37,150 bases of DNA from Octopus sinensis (taxonomy: Eukaryota): contig NW_021829602.1 in the NCBI RefSeq assembly GCF_006345805.1, positions 1-37,150 on the forward strand, in the 5' to 3' direction. Made by a program: the position numbers and the translations under genes. Below the pieces are notes generated by a model. That model saw only the letters and a program-made list of their open reading frames with translations. It did not search any database and had not been told where the DNA came from. Shown here in pieces: positions 10,702-23,031 of the stretch; positions within the stretch are counted from its first letter, which is position 1; the number at the start of each line of letters is the position of its first letter.

Positions 10702-12720
10702 TGATAAAACGGTAAGATAAAAAAAGAAAGAAAGAGACCTCAATATTATGTAAATAGAGGAAATTTATCTATACAATATGTTACATTACTCGGTAGTCAA
10801 GATAAAACTCTGAGTTTCAGATGCCGAAGTGGAAATCCACAACACCCATCTCTTCGGTTATCTGGCTATTTGAAAACGTTATGAAAAAATACCGTTAAAA
10901 ATGAAGGGAAATTACTCTGTTTATAACTCTGCTTTGCCTGCGTACTTATACATCGCTCGCATTTTTCGTCATAAAAATTTATATAAAATACATAAAAATA
11001 TATAAAATATATAAAAATATATAAAATCTTCTTGGGACATAACACAGAAGCATGTTCTATCCGTTTTCTTTAGGGGACCAAAACGTAACAGAAATTTAGT
11101 CACATGTGGGCATGATCCGAAAAGCTCTGTCCTTGTATTTAGACATGTGGTAGGGTCTAAGCTGCTTTTCCAGATAAGCCATCTCTCCATGTCGCATAAA
11201 CCGCACCTTCCGCTGCCGTTAGTGTAGGGCTTACATCTGGCCAAAATCTTCCATTGTATGTTTAATCGACACCTTTATCTCTTAAAGACCAAATATGATT
11301 GGATAATTGTGTCGCTTTTCTTTTGTTCCAGTGCCTAAAGCTCAAAGTGTGGTTATTGAACCTGGCCTTGAAATTACCCTCTGTCAGGCCCACGTATTTC
11401 TTCGTCGAAACGGTGTCTTTAGTGGTTATAGAGTTTACGGTAGCTTCATATATGATGGTCTTGGACATGCAAGCTCCATTTAGCGGGCACAATTCTTTAT
11501 TCCTCATGAACAACGCTGTTTTCTTCTTGTGTTTTTTGTATGTTATGATGATTATGTTTTTTAAAATTGGTAGTTGAACTAAAACTAATTTTTAAATTGT
11601 GTCTATTGAAGAGTTTCCTATAAGCATGGTTAACTGGAAAATTCTATCTATCAGTGCTAGGAAATATTTACCTATTTCTATTATTCCTTTTCCTTACTGT
11701 TGGGCTGGTGATAGGTGTATATTTTATTTTTTCGCTAAAACCACTATCTTTTAAAGCTTTATTATAAACTAGGGCAACGCTATTGAAAATGTCCTCATTA
11801 GATGAGAGGCTAGAAATCCTCTTACTAATATTTTTAACTAAATTTTTGAATACTATAGGGGGATGGCATGAACCTACATTATATAACTTAGTCTATCATT
11901 GGGCTTCCTATAAGGCTTATAAATATTATTATTAAGATCTAAGGAAACGTGTAAGAAATTGACAACCGTCAGGTTAGTGTCATAGTATTTATTAGCTGTT
12001 AAGGCGAGGGCATCATCTTTGTAGATGGTGAAATGTACGTTAGGGAATGTCTTACCGAAGGTATCTAGGAAAAGAGTCCAATTAGATCACAGATGCCTGC
12101 CCCATCATATGAACCCATGCTCACATCGAAAGCGCCCCCGTGTCGGTGTTTTTTACCCACTTTGCATTCTCACTGAAAAGTAATGTCTTTCTAGCATGGA
12201 AGATTATATCCTTATCATTGGTACTAATTTCTATGAAGTCACTAGCGAAGATTAGGGCTTTATCTAGCAGTTCTTTAGAGATAGAGGCATAAAAATCAAC
12301 ACAATATCGAATTGTGTAAACCTCGCTTTTTTCTTATTTTTAATAGCTTTAACCAGTCTACGACTTCTATACTATTGGACCATTGCACTAGCCTAGTACG
12401 GTCTTAATTTTCGTATTTATTTTATCTAAAATTTCTTTGCTAATAATCCCTAGTTCTGACTTGGCTGGGTTGATAAGCCTACATTTAGGGTTGGAAAGGA
12501 AGTTTTCTTTGTGATCTTTAATAGTAATAAAGGCCTCTTTTGGGGGAGGGTTTCTATTTTTTTTATCTAATTTAAGTTTAGCGGCGATGACGCTAGCTTC
12601 TTTATTAATTTCGTTATATGTCTGTGCCCTAGCCTTAGTATAATTATTAGTAATGCTGTGTGTAAGATGATTGTGTTTGCTGTTATCTACCAGTATAGTT
12701 CTTGGTTTTTTTTCTGTGTC
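10700..12720 (-). mobile_element. 5'-truncated Penelope-like element (RT + C-terminal GIY-YIG endonuclease), frameshifted
   Basis: Peptides: AFITIKDHKENFLSNPKCRLINPAKSELG; FDIV..; IYKDDALAL (RT catalytic motif); CPLNGAC..IIYEATV..KKYVGLTEGNFKARFNNH (GIY-YIG); CGLCDMER..LNTRTELFGSCPH. The 3' end abuts (AT)n. Confidence 0.92.
10800..10863 (-). ncRNA. Type-I hammerhead ribozyme variant in the PLE 3' terminal repeat
   Basis: AGAUAA-CCGAAGA-GAUG[23 nt]CAUC-U-GAAA-CUC-A-GAG-UU|UUAUCU. Stems I, II and III and a GUU cleavage triplet can all be drawn; the core carries U4>C and an extra U before G12. Confidence 0.65.
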
Positions 12721-12762
12721 AAAAAAAAAGCCTTCACATCTCATACGCTTAATTACATCAGT

Positions 12763-14848
12763 AATTTTCAGTGAGAATGCAAAGTTGGTAAAAAAACACC
12801 GACCGGAGGGCGCTTTCGATGTGAGCATGGTTCATATGAGGGGCAGCATCTGTGATCTATTGGACTCTTTCTCCTAATACCTTCGGTAAGACATTTCTAA
12901 CGTACATTTCGCCATCTACAAAGATGAGCCCTCGCCTTAACAGCTAATACAATGGACCAGCACAAGATCGTTTTAGGAGGATATTATCCAGTAATGAAAA
13001 CCTTCGGCTTATAACTATAGACACTACCTGACGTTTCAATTTCTTACACGTTTCCTTAGATCTTAATAATAATATTTATAAGCCTTAAGGAAGCCCAATG
13101 ATAGACTAAGTTAATTAATGTAGGTTCATGCCATCCCCCTATATATTAAAATTTAGTTAAAAATATTAGTAGAGGATTTCTAGCCTCTATCTAATGAGGA
13201 AATCTTCAATAGCGTTGCCCGTTTATCATAAGCTTTAAAAGAGTGGTTTTAAGCGAAAAAATAAATATACACCTATCACCAGCCCAACAGTAAGGAAAAG
13301 GATAATAGAAATAGAGGTCTCTGGTTTACGCCCCTTACTCACCGAGGTGGCCTTCAATATAGGTAAATATTTCCTAGACTGATATAGACATTTTCCAGTT
13401 AACCATGCTATAGGAAACTCTTCATAGACACATTTAAAAATTATTTTTAGTTCAACTACCAATTTTAAAAACCAAATCAATCATACCTACAAAAAACACA
13501 AGAATAAACACTGGTTTTTCATGGCAGGATAAAGAATTTGTGCCCGCTAAATGGAGCTTGCTGTCCAAGACCATCATATATGAAGCTACCGTAAACTCTA
13601 TAACCACTAAAGACAACCGTTTTCGACGAAGAAATACGTGGCCTGACAGAGGGTATTTCAAGGCCAGTTCAATACCACACTTTGAGTTTAGGCACTGAAA
13701 AAGAAAACGACACAATTATCCAATCATATTTGGTCTTTAAGAGATAAGTGTCGATTATAACATACACTGGAAGATTTTGGCCAGATGTAGCCCTAACTAC
13801 GGCAGCGGAAGGTGCGGTTTATGCGACTTGATAGATGGCTTATCTGGAAAAGCAGCTTAGACCCTAACACTGTCTAAATACAAGACAGAGCTTTTCGGAT
13901 CCTGCCCACATGTACTAAATTTTCTGTTACGTTTTTTGGTCCCCTAAAGAAACGGATAGAACATGCTTTCTGTGTTATTCCTCCAGAAGAATTTTATATA
14001 TTTTTATATATTTTTATATATTTTATGTATTTTTATATAATTTTATGACGAAAAATGCGAGCGATGTATAGTACGCAGGCAAAGCAGAGGTTATAACAAG
14101 TAATTTCCCTTCATTTTTAAGGTATTTTTTTCATACGTTTTCAATAGCCCGATAACCGAAGAGATGGTGTTGGTGATTTCCACTTCGCATCTGAAACTCA
14201 GAGTTTTATCTGACTACCGATTAATGTAACATATTGTATAGATAAAATTTTCCTCTATTTACATAATATTGAGTCTCTTTCTTTCTTTTATCTTCATCTT
14301 ACCGTTTTATCAATATATATATATAATATATAATATATGGCAGTCTGTCTGAAACAAACTGCCACTTCAAGCACAAATATAGGCGTTAGCTCCACAATGA
14401 GAACAGGTATGACTTTTGAGCAAAATGACTCTCTAAAAACTTTGTACAGATATTGACGTGTCTTAGTTCTGAATTTGATGCTGTGGGCCTCCACATTTTC
14501 GTCCCTCTCTCCCTCCTTCTCTTACCTCTCGTTGCCTCGTACATTGCACCTGCCGTTTGACAGGAGAATAATTATACACACCGTATACATGTATAGAATA
14601 TTGTCGACTGTAACATATACATTTTTTACTGTTTCAGTCAGTTGACTGCGGCCATGCGGAGCACCGCCTTTAGTCGAGCAAATCGACCCCATGACTTTTC
14701 TGGAAAGCTTAGTACTTATTCTATCGGTCTCTTTGCTAAAACCGCTAAGTTTTCGGACTTAAAACACCAGCATCGGTTTGTCTAACGATTGTGGGGAGGA
14801 CAAAAACGGACACAACATATACTTACTATATACCAACTGGCTTCTTCA
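12763..14848 (+). repeat. Inverted, indel-rich duplicate of ~10139-12180 (PLE + flank + SINE tail)
   Basis: Colinear reverse complement throughout, with dense 1-bp indels. Contains a noisy hammerhead copy at 14151-14211. Confidence 0.9.
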
Positions 14849-15120
14849 GTGTGTTATGTCCCAAGAAGATTTTATATATTTTTTAATATATTTTTATATA
14901 TTTTTATGTATTTTATATAATTTTTATGACGAAAAATGCGAGCGATGTATAAGTACGCAGGCAAAGCAGAGTTATAACAGAGTAATTTCCCTTCATTTTT
15001 AACGGTATTTTTTCATAACGTTTTTCAAATAGCCAGATAACCGAAGAGATGGTGTTGTGGATTTCCACTTCGGCATCTGAAACTCAGAGTTTTAATCTTG
15101 ACTACCGAGTAATGTAACAT

Positions 15121-15125
<5 letters not shown>
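14849..15125 (+). mobile_element. Third copy of the PLE 3' end, in inverted orientation, with hammerhead at 15035-15098
   Basis: Near-identical reverse complement of ~10778-11046; ends in a long (TA)n. Confidence 0.88.
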
Positions 15126-15192
<67 letters not shown>

Positions 15193-15319
15193 TATATATA
15201 TGTATATATATAATATACGCACGCGCGAATGCACACACACGCGCGCAGACATACACATACACACCACGGATACACAGATTAGTTACAGGATTCGACTAAA
15301 ATATAAACTGAAGGATTAG

Positions 15320-15385
<66 letters not shown>

Positions 15386-16094
15386 CATATTTCTCAATGT
15401 AAATCTGTGTGCATGAGTGTGTGTGTGTGTGTGTGTGTACATATATATATATACGTCTCTATATGTGTGTGCATATATATGTATAAATATATCTATGTAT
15501 ATATATATATAGATCTATACACACACACAGCTATATATATATATACACATTCAGACATACACACATACACACTAACGCACACACACTCACACACACACCC
15601 ACACATAACACAAACATACACACACACACACATCCACACACGCATCCACACATAAAGGGAAGATACAGGGGGATGTTTTAAGTGCAGCAGAAAGAACAAA
15701 ATAATCCAAACAAATAACAAATAAAAAAAAAACAGAAAGAAACAAGCAAACAATCGCAGTTTCTTTATCCAATAACAGTGTTAAAATGGCGGTTATCCGT
15801 TAATTTGTTGCTTAGCTGAACAGAAAGTCCTTAATTAACAATACCGTCATAGAAGGCGATCAGTAACAAAACAATGACCGTACGAATTACTATTTAGTGG
15901 ATTTTTCGTATTGCTGTGTAAATGTATCCCGGGGTAAGTGAGTCTTTCACGACCATTTAGTGCAAAAATAGTAGAGTCATTCGTGGGTTCCTGTACTAAA
16001 AAAAGACACGTGTAGTCTCATTAGCTCTTTTGTTTCTTGTCCGTGTCTCTCCGTCTGCCACGGCCACCCTTACTTTCTGTGTGTGTAAATATAT

Positions 16095-16450
<356 letters not shown>

Positions 16451-16908
16451 AATATACATTTAGTCCACACGTTTTGTCTTTTATTTATTTACTGTTAAGG
16501 CTGATGAAGGGAACCTGCATGTGGTCGTTTGCTCCGCTAGAAATACACAAGATTTTCTATTAAACCGTAACGGAAGGACAGACTTACATAATGCCTTGAA
16601 AATGATGGGATCTCCAACGCTTTGGAATAGATGTCTACACCGTCAGGGCTCGCTTGTGGTGGGATTCTGAGTTTAACAAATTTTTTGTTTAAGGCATTCT
16701 TTAGCGCAGTAAAAGTACTTTGGTACACATTCCTTTATTTTTCTTTCATTCTTTTACTTGTTCCAGTCAAAGAACCGCGGCCATGCTGGAGCATGCATAA
16801 AGTTAAAAAAAAAGAAAAATGGATTTATATATTTTAGCATATAACAATGAATAATTTAAATGCCATGCTGTATGTCATAATACATCTATTTTCAGTTAAG
16901 ACTATCAC

Positions 16909-17140
16909 GGTCATGTAATGCGTATGGATGAGGACATTTGCACCAAGACATGCTGTTGTCTAAATGTGGAGGAAACATGTAGATGGGGTAGACCCAGGGA
17001 GGCGCGGGACGAACTGGTGAGAAAGGATCTTCAGACGTTACGCCCCACAGAGAGGACGACGAGGGACAGAGACTTCTGGCGGTTTGTTGTAGTTGAAAAG
17101 ACAATGCCAAGCTAAGTAAAACCGTGGTTGTCCTTGCATA
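16909..17140 (+). mobile_element. 3' end of an RTE-clade LINE
   Basis: GHVMRMDED..VEETCRWGRPRE..DELVRKDLQTL..TRDRDFWRFVVVEKT* matches the RTE ORF2 C-terminal pattern (GHV.RM..GRP..W...V..DL..L...DR..WR). Confidence 0.8.
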
Positions 17141-17184
17141 TTGGTTTATCCCCTGTTTCCCTCTTCAGCTGAGGGATCCTAATC

Positions 17185-17335
17185 TTGTGGGTTCATGGGG
17201 GCTTGTGTCACGTAAAAGCACTCGTGCCAGTGTTGCGTAAAAGCACCCAGTATACTACGTAAAGTGGCTGACGGTAGGAAGGGCATCCAGCCGTTGAAAC
17301 CATGCCAAAGCAGACATGGAGCCCGGGTAGATGAT
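17185..17335 (-). mobile_element. Short RTE-associated non-autonomous repeat
   Basis: Minus strand cggctggatgcccttcctaccgtcagccacttt resembles a motif common in RTE-dependent SINEs (recall). Confidence 0.5.
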
Positions 17336-17720
17336 GATGTCGATGATGACGACGATAACAACGACGATGATAATTATGATGCTGATGATGATGCTGATGA
17401 GGAATCAATAGATATGTCATATAGTACAGCTTAGTTTTGAAGCAAAAGTCTCTCAGCGCACGGGTAGTTTATTAACAGGACTAGTCACCAAGAATGCATT
17501 ATATATACAAATTCGTCCATCCAATTTATTTACTATGGTTTTAACAATAGAGAATTTATAAGCAGTGTCTCTGTTGACAGCTGAGAGGATAACTCAATTG
17601 CTGATAAAATCTCAACGCAGTCTTAAATCTCATTTTCTAACTTAAAAAATATTGTATTAAAAGACATGGCACTCACATCAGTCTCTACATACAGGGCTGG
17701 TTGATAATCAGTAGCACGTA

Positions 17721-17953
17721 TACTTTTACTTGTTTCAGTCATTTGACTGCGGCCTTGCTGGAGCTCCGCCTTGATGGGTTTTAGTCGAACAAATCAACCC
17801 TAGGACTTATTTTCTAGAGCCTAGTACTTATTCTATCGGGTCCTTTCTATCGAACCGCTAAGTTACAGGTACCTAAACACACCAGCACCGGTTGTCAAGC
17901 GGTGATAAAGGGAGGAGACACAAACACAGACACAAAGACCCCCCCCATATATA

Positions 17954-17995
<42 letters not shown>

Positions 17996-18152
17996 GACGG
18001 GCTTTTTTCAGTTTCCGTCTACCAAATCCATTTACAAGGCTTTGGTCAGCCCGAGGCTATAGTAGTAGACACTTGCCCAAGGTGCCACGGAGTCGGGATG
18101 AACCCAGAACTATGTGGTTGGGAAGCAAGCTTCTTACCACACAGCCACGCCT
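17721..18152 (-). mobile_element. Family-B SINE, full length
   Basis: Reverse complement of the family-B head, internal (TA)n and tail. Confidence 0.9.
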
Positions 18153-18239
18153 CGGTAAACCTTTTTCGAGAAGTGGGCTACATGAGACAAAGTTCCTCAT
18201 CAGGTGGGCTGCGTTACTGTAAGACAATTCCAGGTAATT

Positions 18240-18507
18240 TTAGTTAGGCGTCCATTCAGAAAGTACCGTGGGTTGGCTGCAGTTTGCCCATGCCTAATCA
18301 ATAGAGTAGAGGTAAAAAAATATATGCACTAAGCTTAAAAAAATATGCGTAGGAGTGGCTGTGTGGTAAGTAGCTTGCTTACGAACCACATGGTTCCGGG
18401 TTCAGTCCCACTGCGTGGCACCTTGGGAAAGTGTCTTCTACTATAGCCTCGGGCCGACCAAAGCCTTGTGAGTGGATTTGGTTGACGGAAACTGAAAGAA
18501 GACCGTC

Positions 18508-18576
<69 letters not shown>

Positions 18577-18800
18577 GTGTGTGTGTTGTGTGTGTGTGTG
18601 TGTGTGTGTGTTTGTCCCCCCAACATCGATTGATAACCGATGCTGGTGTGTTTACGTCCCCGTAACTTAGCGGTTCGGCGAAAGAGACCGACAGAATAAG
18701 TACTAGGCTTACAAAGAATAAGTCCTGGGGTCGATTTGCTCGACTAAAGGTGGTGCTCCAGCTTGGCCACAGTCACATGACTGAAACAAGTAAAAGAGTA
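18240..18800 (+). mobile_element. Family-B SINE preceded by a ~100-bp leader shared with 24042-24131
   Basis: Leader ttagttaggcgtccattcagaaagt..gtttgcccatgcctaatcaatag, then the head at ~18347. Confidence 0.88.
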
Positions 18801-18999
18801 AACTGATTAAAGTAGAGGAAAGCTCTCAGTTTCAATTCTCGATTGATCTTATTTCGTAAGTAGATGGGAGTCATACATCCACTTAGGAATAAAAAGGGAT
18901 AAACGCTACCACTTCCCAATATTCAAATCACTAAAACTATGGGGCAAAGAATAAAGAAGTAATATAAGCTACTCTCTTAGACAAGAAGAACGCGGCGAA

Positions 19000-19800
19000 C
19001 AGGTAGAATCTTTAGCACGATGGGGAAAATGCTTATTGGTATTTCGTCCGTCTTTATGTTCTGAGCTCAAATTCCATCAAGGTCGATTTTGCCTTTCATC
19101 TCGTCCGAAGTCGATAAAAATAAGTAGCAGTTGAGGACTGGGGTTGATGTAATCGACTAGCTTTCCTCCCACGAAATTGCTGGCCCTGTGCTAATTGAAA
19201 CCAATCTTAGACCGGTGCGTGCTGTAAATAGGTGCAACGCGAAAATAACAATTTGTAACATTGGCATACGGTCAGACATAGGATGGTAGAGAACAATCGA
19301 TTCGATTTAATCGAACACAGTACTTTACTGGTACTTTATTTACTAACCTTTGACCTCAGTAGGATTCGAGCCCAGAACAAATATCGATAGAAATTTTGAC
19401 CGACATTTTAAAGATTCTGTCCATCTGCTGCTCTTAATAAGTGTTTCTAATTTAGACAAAATTCTAGCAATTTGAAAGGAGTAGGATACTATCCATTCCA
19501 GTACTTTACTGGTACTTAAATTTATCGCTCCTGGAAACATGAAATTCAAATTTGACCTTGGCGCGATTTGAACTAAGAATGTAGAGAGTCGGAACAATTA
19601 CTTCAAGGCTTTATATTTTGTTCGACGCTCTAACGATTCTGCTAATCCACCGTTCTAAAAATAGTAATAATTCTTCTTTCTAATATTGGTACAAAGTCAG
19701 CAATTTTAGTGGGAGAGAGTCAGTCGATGATATCGTTCCCCTGTATATAACTGGTACTTTATTTTATTTACCCCGAAAGGACAAATGCAAAACTGGCCTT
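19000..19800. mobile_element. Cluster of old family-A SINEs (one +, three -)
   Basis: Recurrent gtcgattttgcctttcatc motif and its reverse complement. Confidence 0.7.
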
Positions 19801-19849
19801 GTGCGCGCGAGCGTGTGTATGTTTATCTCTCTGTGTGCGTGTGTGTGTG

Positions 19850-20010
19850 TGCGCGTGTCTCTTACTGCTTGATAATCAGTACTGTATATTTTACGTCCCC
19901 GTAACTTGGTAGTTTTGTAAAGGGTTTTCGATTCTGGGGTCGATTTGTTCGACTAAACTCTTTAAGTAGTGTTCCAGCATGGCTGCAGTTCAACGAAAGA
20001 TGAAAGAAAC
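19850..20010 (+). mobile_element. 3' half of a family-B SINE
   Basis: ttacgtccccgtaactt..ggggtcgatttgttcgactaa..ccagcatggctgcagt. Confidence 0.7.
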
Positions 20011-20040
20011 GTTAGAGAATGTACACACACAAACACACAC

Positions 20041-20087
<47 letters not shown>

Positions 20088-20089
20088 AA

Positions 20090-20680
20090 CAAAAAAAGAA
20101 AATGGAGAAAAAATGTATGCATGAGTAATTTATTTGTATATTATTAAATATTGAAAATATCTCTTAAAAAACATAACAATACAAATAAATTGATTATAAT
20201 TTGTAAAGCTAAAAAATATAGCTAAAAGAACCTACATATATGTTTCAGTACTATCCTCTAGTTGATCAGAAATTCTAAGCATTTGGTTAAATGCTAAGAA
20301 AGGTATTACATTCTAACTATATAGGGTAGAATTTTTTCAGAGTTATTCTGAGCTAATAGAACTTAGGTTATTATTTTTCATTTGAAGGGTGCATAATAAT
20401 AACCTCATAATAATAATAAGTTCATAATAACCCTGAAGAACTTCTACCCCATATAGTTAGAATATGATACCTTTCTTAGCATTTTACCAAATGGTGAGAA
20501 TTTCTGATCAATTAGGGGATAGTACTGAAACATATATGTAGGTTCTTTATGTTTTTAGCTTTACAACTATCAATTTATTTCTATTGTTATGTTTTTTAAG
20601 AGAATTTTCAAGTAACTTCCAACATTTCATAATATACACATAGATTATTCATGCATCCATTTTTCTCCATTTTCTTTCTT
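20090..20680. mobile_element. AT-rich foldback element: ~260-bp inverted arms, short spacer
   Basis: For example aagaacctacatatatgtttcagtactatcc (20237-) and ggatagtactgaaacatatatgtaggttctt (20517-). Arms ~20097-20360 and ~20415-20675. Confidence 0.8.
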
Positions 20681-21244
20681 TCCTGTAATATTTATAATAT
20701 ATATAATTACAATAATCCCTAACATATACCAGTGACTTTTACTTATATAATACAATTAACCAGTGGAATATCTTGGATTATATAATGAGAATACAACTTC
20801 CTCGAACTGACTATATATATGTATATATATATATATATATATAATATATATATGTTTGTTTGTTTGTGCGTGTGTGAGTGTGCGTATTCATATATATACT
20901 TATATGCATATATATATTATGAATATATTATGTACACTTACATACATATATATACATACATGCATATATATATATGCATACATATACATATATACATGTA
21001 TATGCATACATACACACATGCATATGATTACATACACACATACGCATGCATGTATACATACATATATATTCATACATATATATACATACATACATCTATG
21101 CATACATACATTTATATATGGATACGTACATACATATACATAATACATACATGCATACGCATACATACACACATATATATATATGCATACATACATACAT
21201 AGATACATACATACATATATACATACATATATAGAATATATATT

Positions 21245-21309
<65 letters not shown>

Positions 21310-22045
21310 TTAGAAACATGGAGACAGAGACAGAGAGAGAGAGATAGAGAGATAACTACACATACATGCACATATACGTTTACTCATTCGTGATATTTTC
21401 GTTTTCGAAGACCTTAATTTGTGACCAGTAAACACATCTATACAGGCAAAACGATTATACGTGTTTATGCAATAGAATACAAAAAACAAAACATTTCATC
21501 TTATACAATTACTATTTAAAACTGCAATTTTCATTGATTTAATCAAATTGTTTTGTGGTTAATACCTTCGTAATTTAGTTCTATTTCTCTCTCCTTGTTT
21601 GATGAAATTGTTATTTTTGCCAATCTTAAAACATTTCGACTGCATTTATTTAAATGTAAAGTTTATCTTGAGAATTCCATGACCTCATCACCTTTTGCTC
21701 GGTGTGTGGACTCCTACTGTATTTTGTTGAAAGTCACCAAACAGATTTGTTAGCAAAGATTTAAAAGAAAAAATCCTAAAGTAGTAGGTTAATTACATCA
21801 CACGCAGCTCTTTCGGAGCTAAACTCACCTATTTACCCGGTTGATTATTCGCCATGCTCCACAGTAAGAAACAGTATCATTGATTAACATTGAGAAGTGA
21901 CACAAGCGTCAAGTCACAAATTCAGTTCTTTATTTTATTTTTTAAATTTATTCTATCGAAGAACGGTTTTATGGCCACCTCAACGCAACGGTTTCGGTCC
22001 TTGGCTTACATAAAACTTAACACATTGTAATATTGTATTGCATTG

Positions 22046-22616
22046 AAGGCGGCGAGTTGGCAGAAACGTTAGCACGCCGGACGCAATGCTTACCGGTATT
22101 TCGTCTGTCGTTACGTTGTGAGTTCAAATTCCGCCGAGATCGACTTTGCCTTTTATTCTTTCGAGGTCGATAAATTAAGTACCAGTTACGCACTGAGGTC
22201 GATGTAATCGACTTAATACCTATGTCTGTCCTTGTTTGTCCCCTCTATGTTTAGCCCCTTGTGGGTAATAAAGAAATAGGTATTTCGTCTGTCTTTACGT
22301 TCTGAGTTCAAATTCCGCCGCGGTCGACTTTGCCTTTCTTCCTCTCAGAGTCAATTAATTAAGTACCAGTTACGCACTGGGGTCGATATAATCGACTTAA
22401 TTATTTTGTCTGTCCTTGTTTGTCCCCTCTATGTTTAGCTCTTTGTGGACAATAAAGAAATAAGAAACTTTAGCACGCCGGGCGATTTTCTTAGCGGTAT
22501 TTCGTCTGCCGTTACGTTCTGAGTTCAAATTCCACCGATGTCGACTTTGCCTTTCATCCTTTCGAGGTCGATGTAATCGACTTAATACCCACATGTGGGC
22601 AATAAAGAAAGAAATA
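22046..22616 (+). mobile_element. Trimeric family-A SINE
   Basis: Three Meta-like cores joined at 22279/22280 (aaagaaatag|gtatttcgtc) and 22463/22464 (aaagaaataa|gaaactttagcacgcc). Confidence 0.85.
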
Positions 22617-22787
22617 TTCTCTTCTACTCTAGGCACAAGTCCCGAAATTTTGGAGGAAGTGGGCAGTCGATTAGATCTACCCCAGTACGCAACTGTTACT
22701 TAATTTATCGACCCCGAAAGGACGAAAGGCAAAGTCGACCACGGCGGAATTTGAACTCAGAACGTAAAGACAGACGAAATACCGTTA
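22617..22787 (-). mobile_element. 5'-truncated family-A SINE nested in the trimer tail
   Basis: Flanked on both sides by aataaagaaa(gaaa)ta, a probable TSD. Confidence 0.75.
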
Positions 22788-22817
22788 AATAAAGAAATAA
22801 ATATTGTATTGCATCGG

Positions 22818-23031
22818 AAGGCGGCGTGCTTACAGGTTTGTTAGCAGGCCGGGAAAAATGCTTAGCGGCAATTCACCCGTCTTTACGTTTCGAGTTCAAA
22901 TTCCGTCGAGGTCGACTTTGCCTTTCATCTTTTCGGGGTCGATAAAATAAGTACCAGTTGAGCACTGGGATCGATGTAACTGACTTAGCCCTCCCCCCGA
23001 AATTGCTGGACTTGTGCCAAAATTTGAAATC
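22818..23031 (+). mobile_element. Family-A SINE with a ~15-bp TSD
   Basis: aatattgtattgcatc (22800-) and aatattgtattgtatc (23032-) flank the copy. Confidence 0.8.

Noticed and set aside
12721-12762. Sequencing adapter at the turn of the inverted duplication
   Set aside because: No recognisable SMRTbell adapter sequence by eye; the segment remains unassigned.
12388-12828. 146-aa ORF as a single coding unit
   Set aside because: The N-terminal ~35 codons are antisense of the duplicated arm and junction; only the part below ~12720 is PLE ORF.
21810-21875. Minus-strand ATG plus AG|GTGAGT donor
   Set aside because: The frame stops (MANNQPGK*) before the strong donor and there is no other support.
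22046-23031. CRISPR-like or regularly spaced repeat array
   Set aside because: Units are 170-230-bp SINE monomers without unique spacers, in a eukaryotic context with no cas genes.
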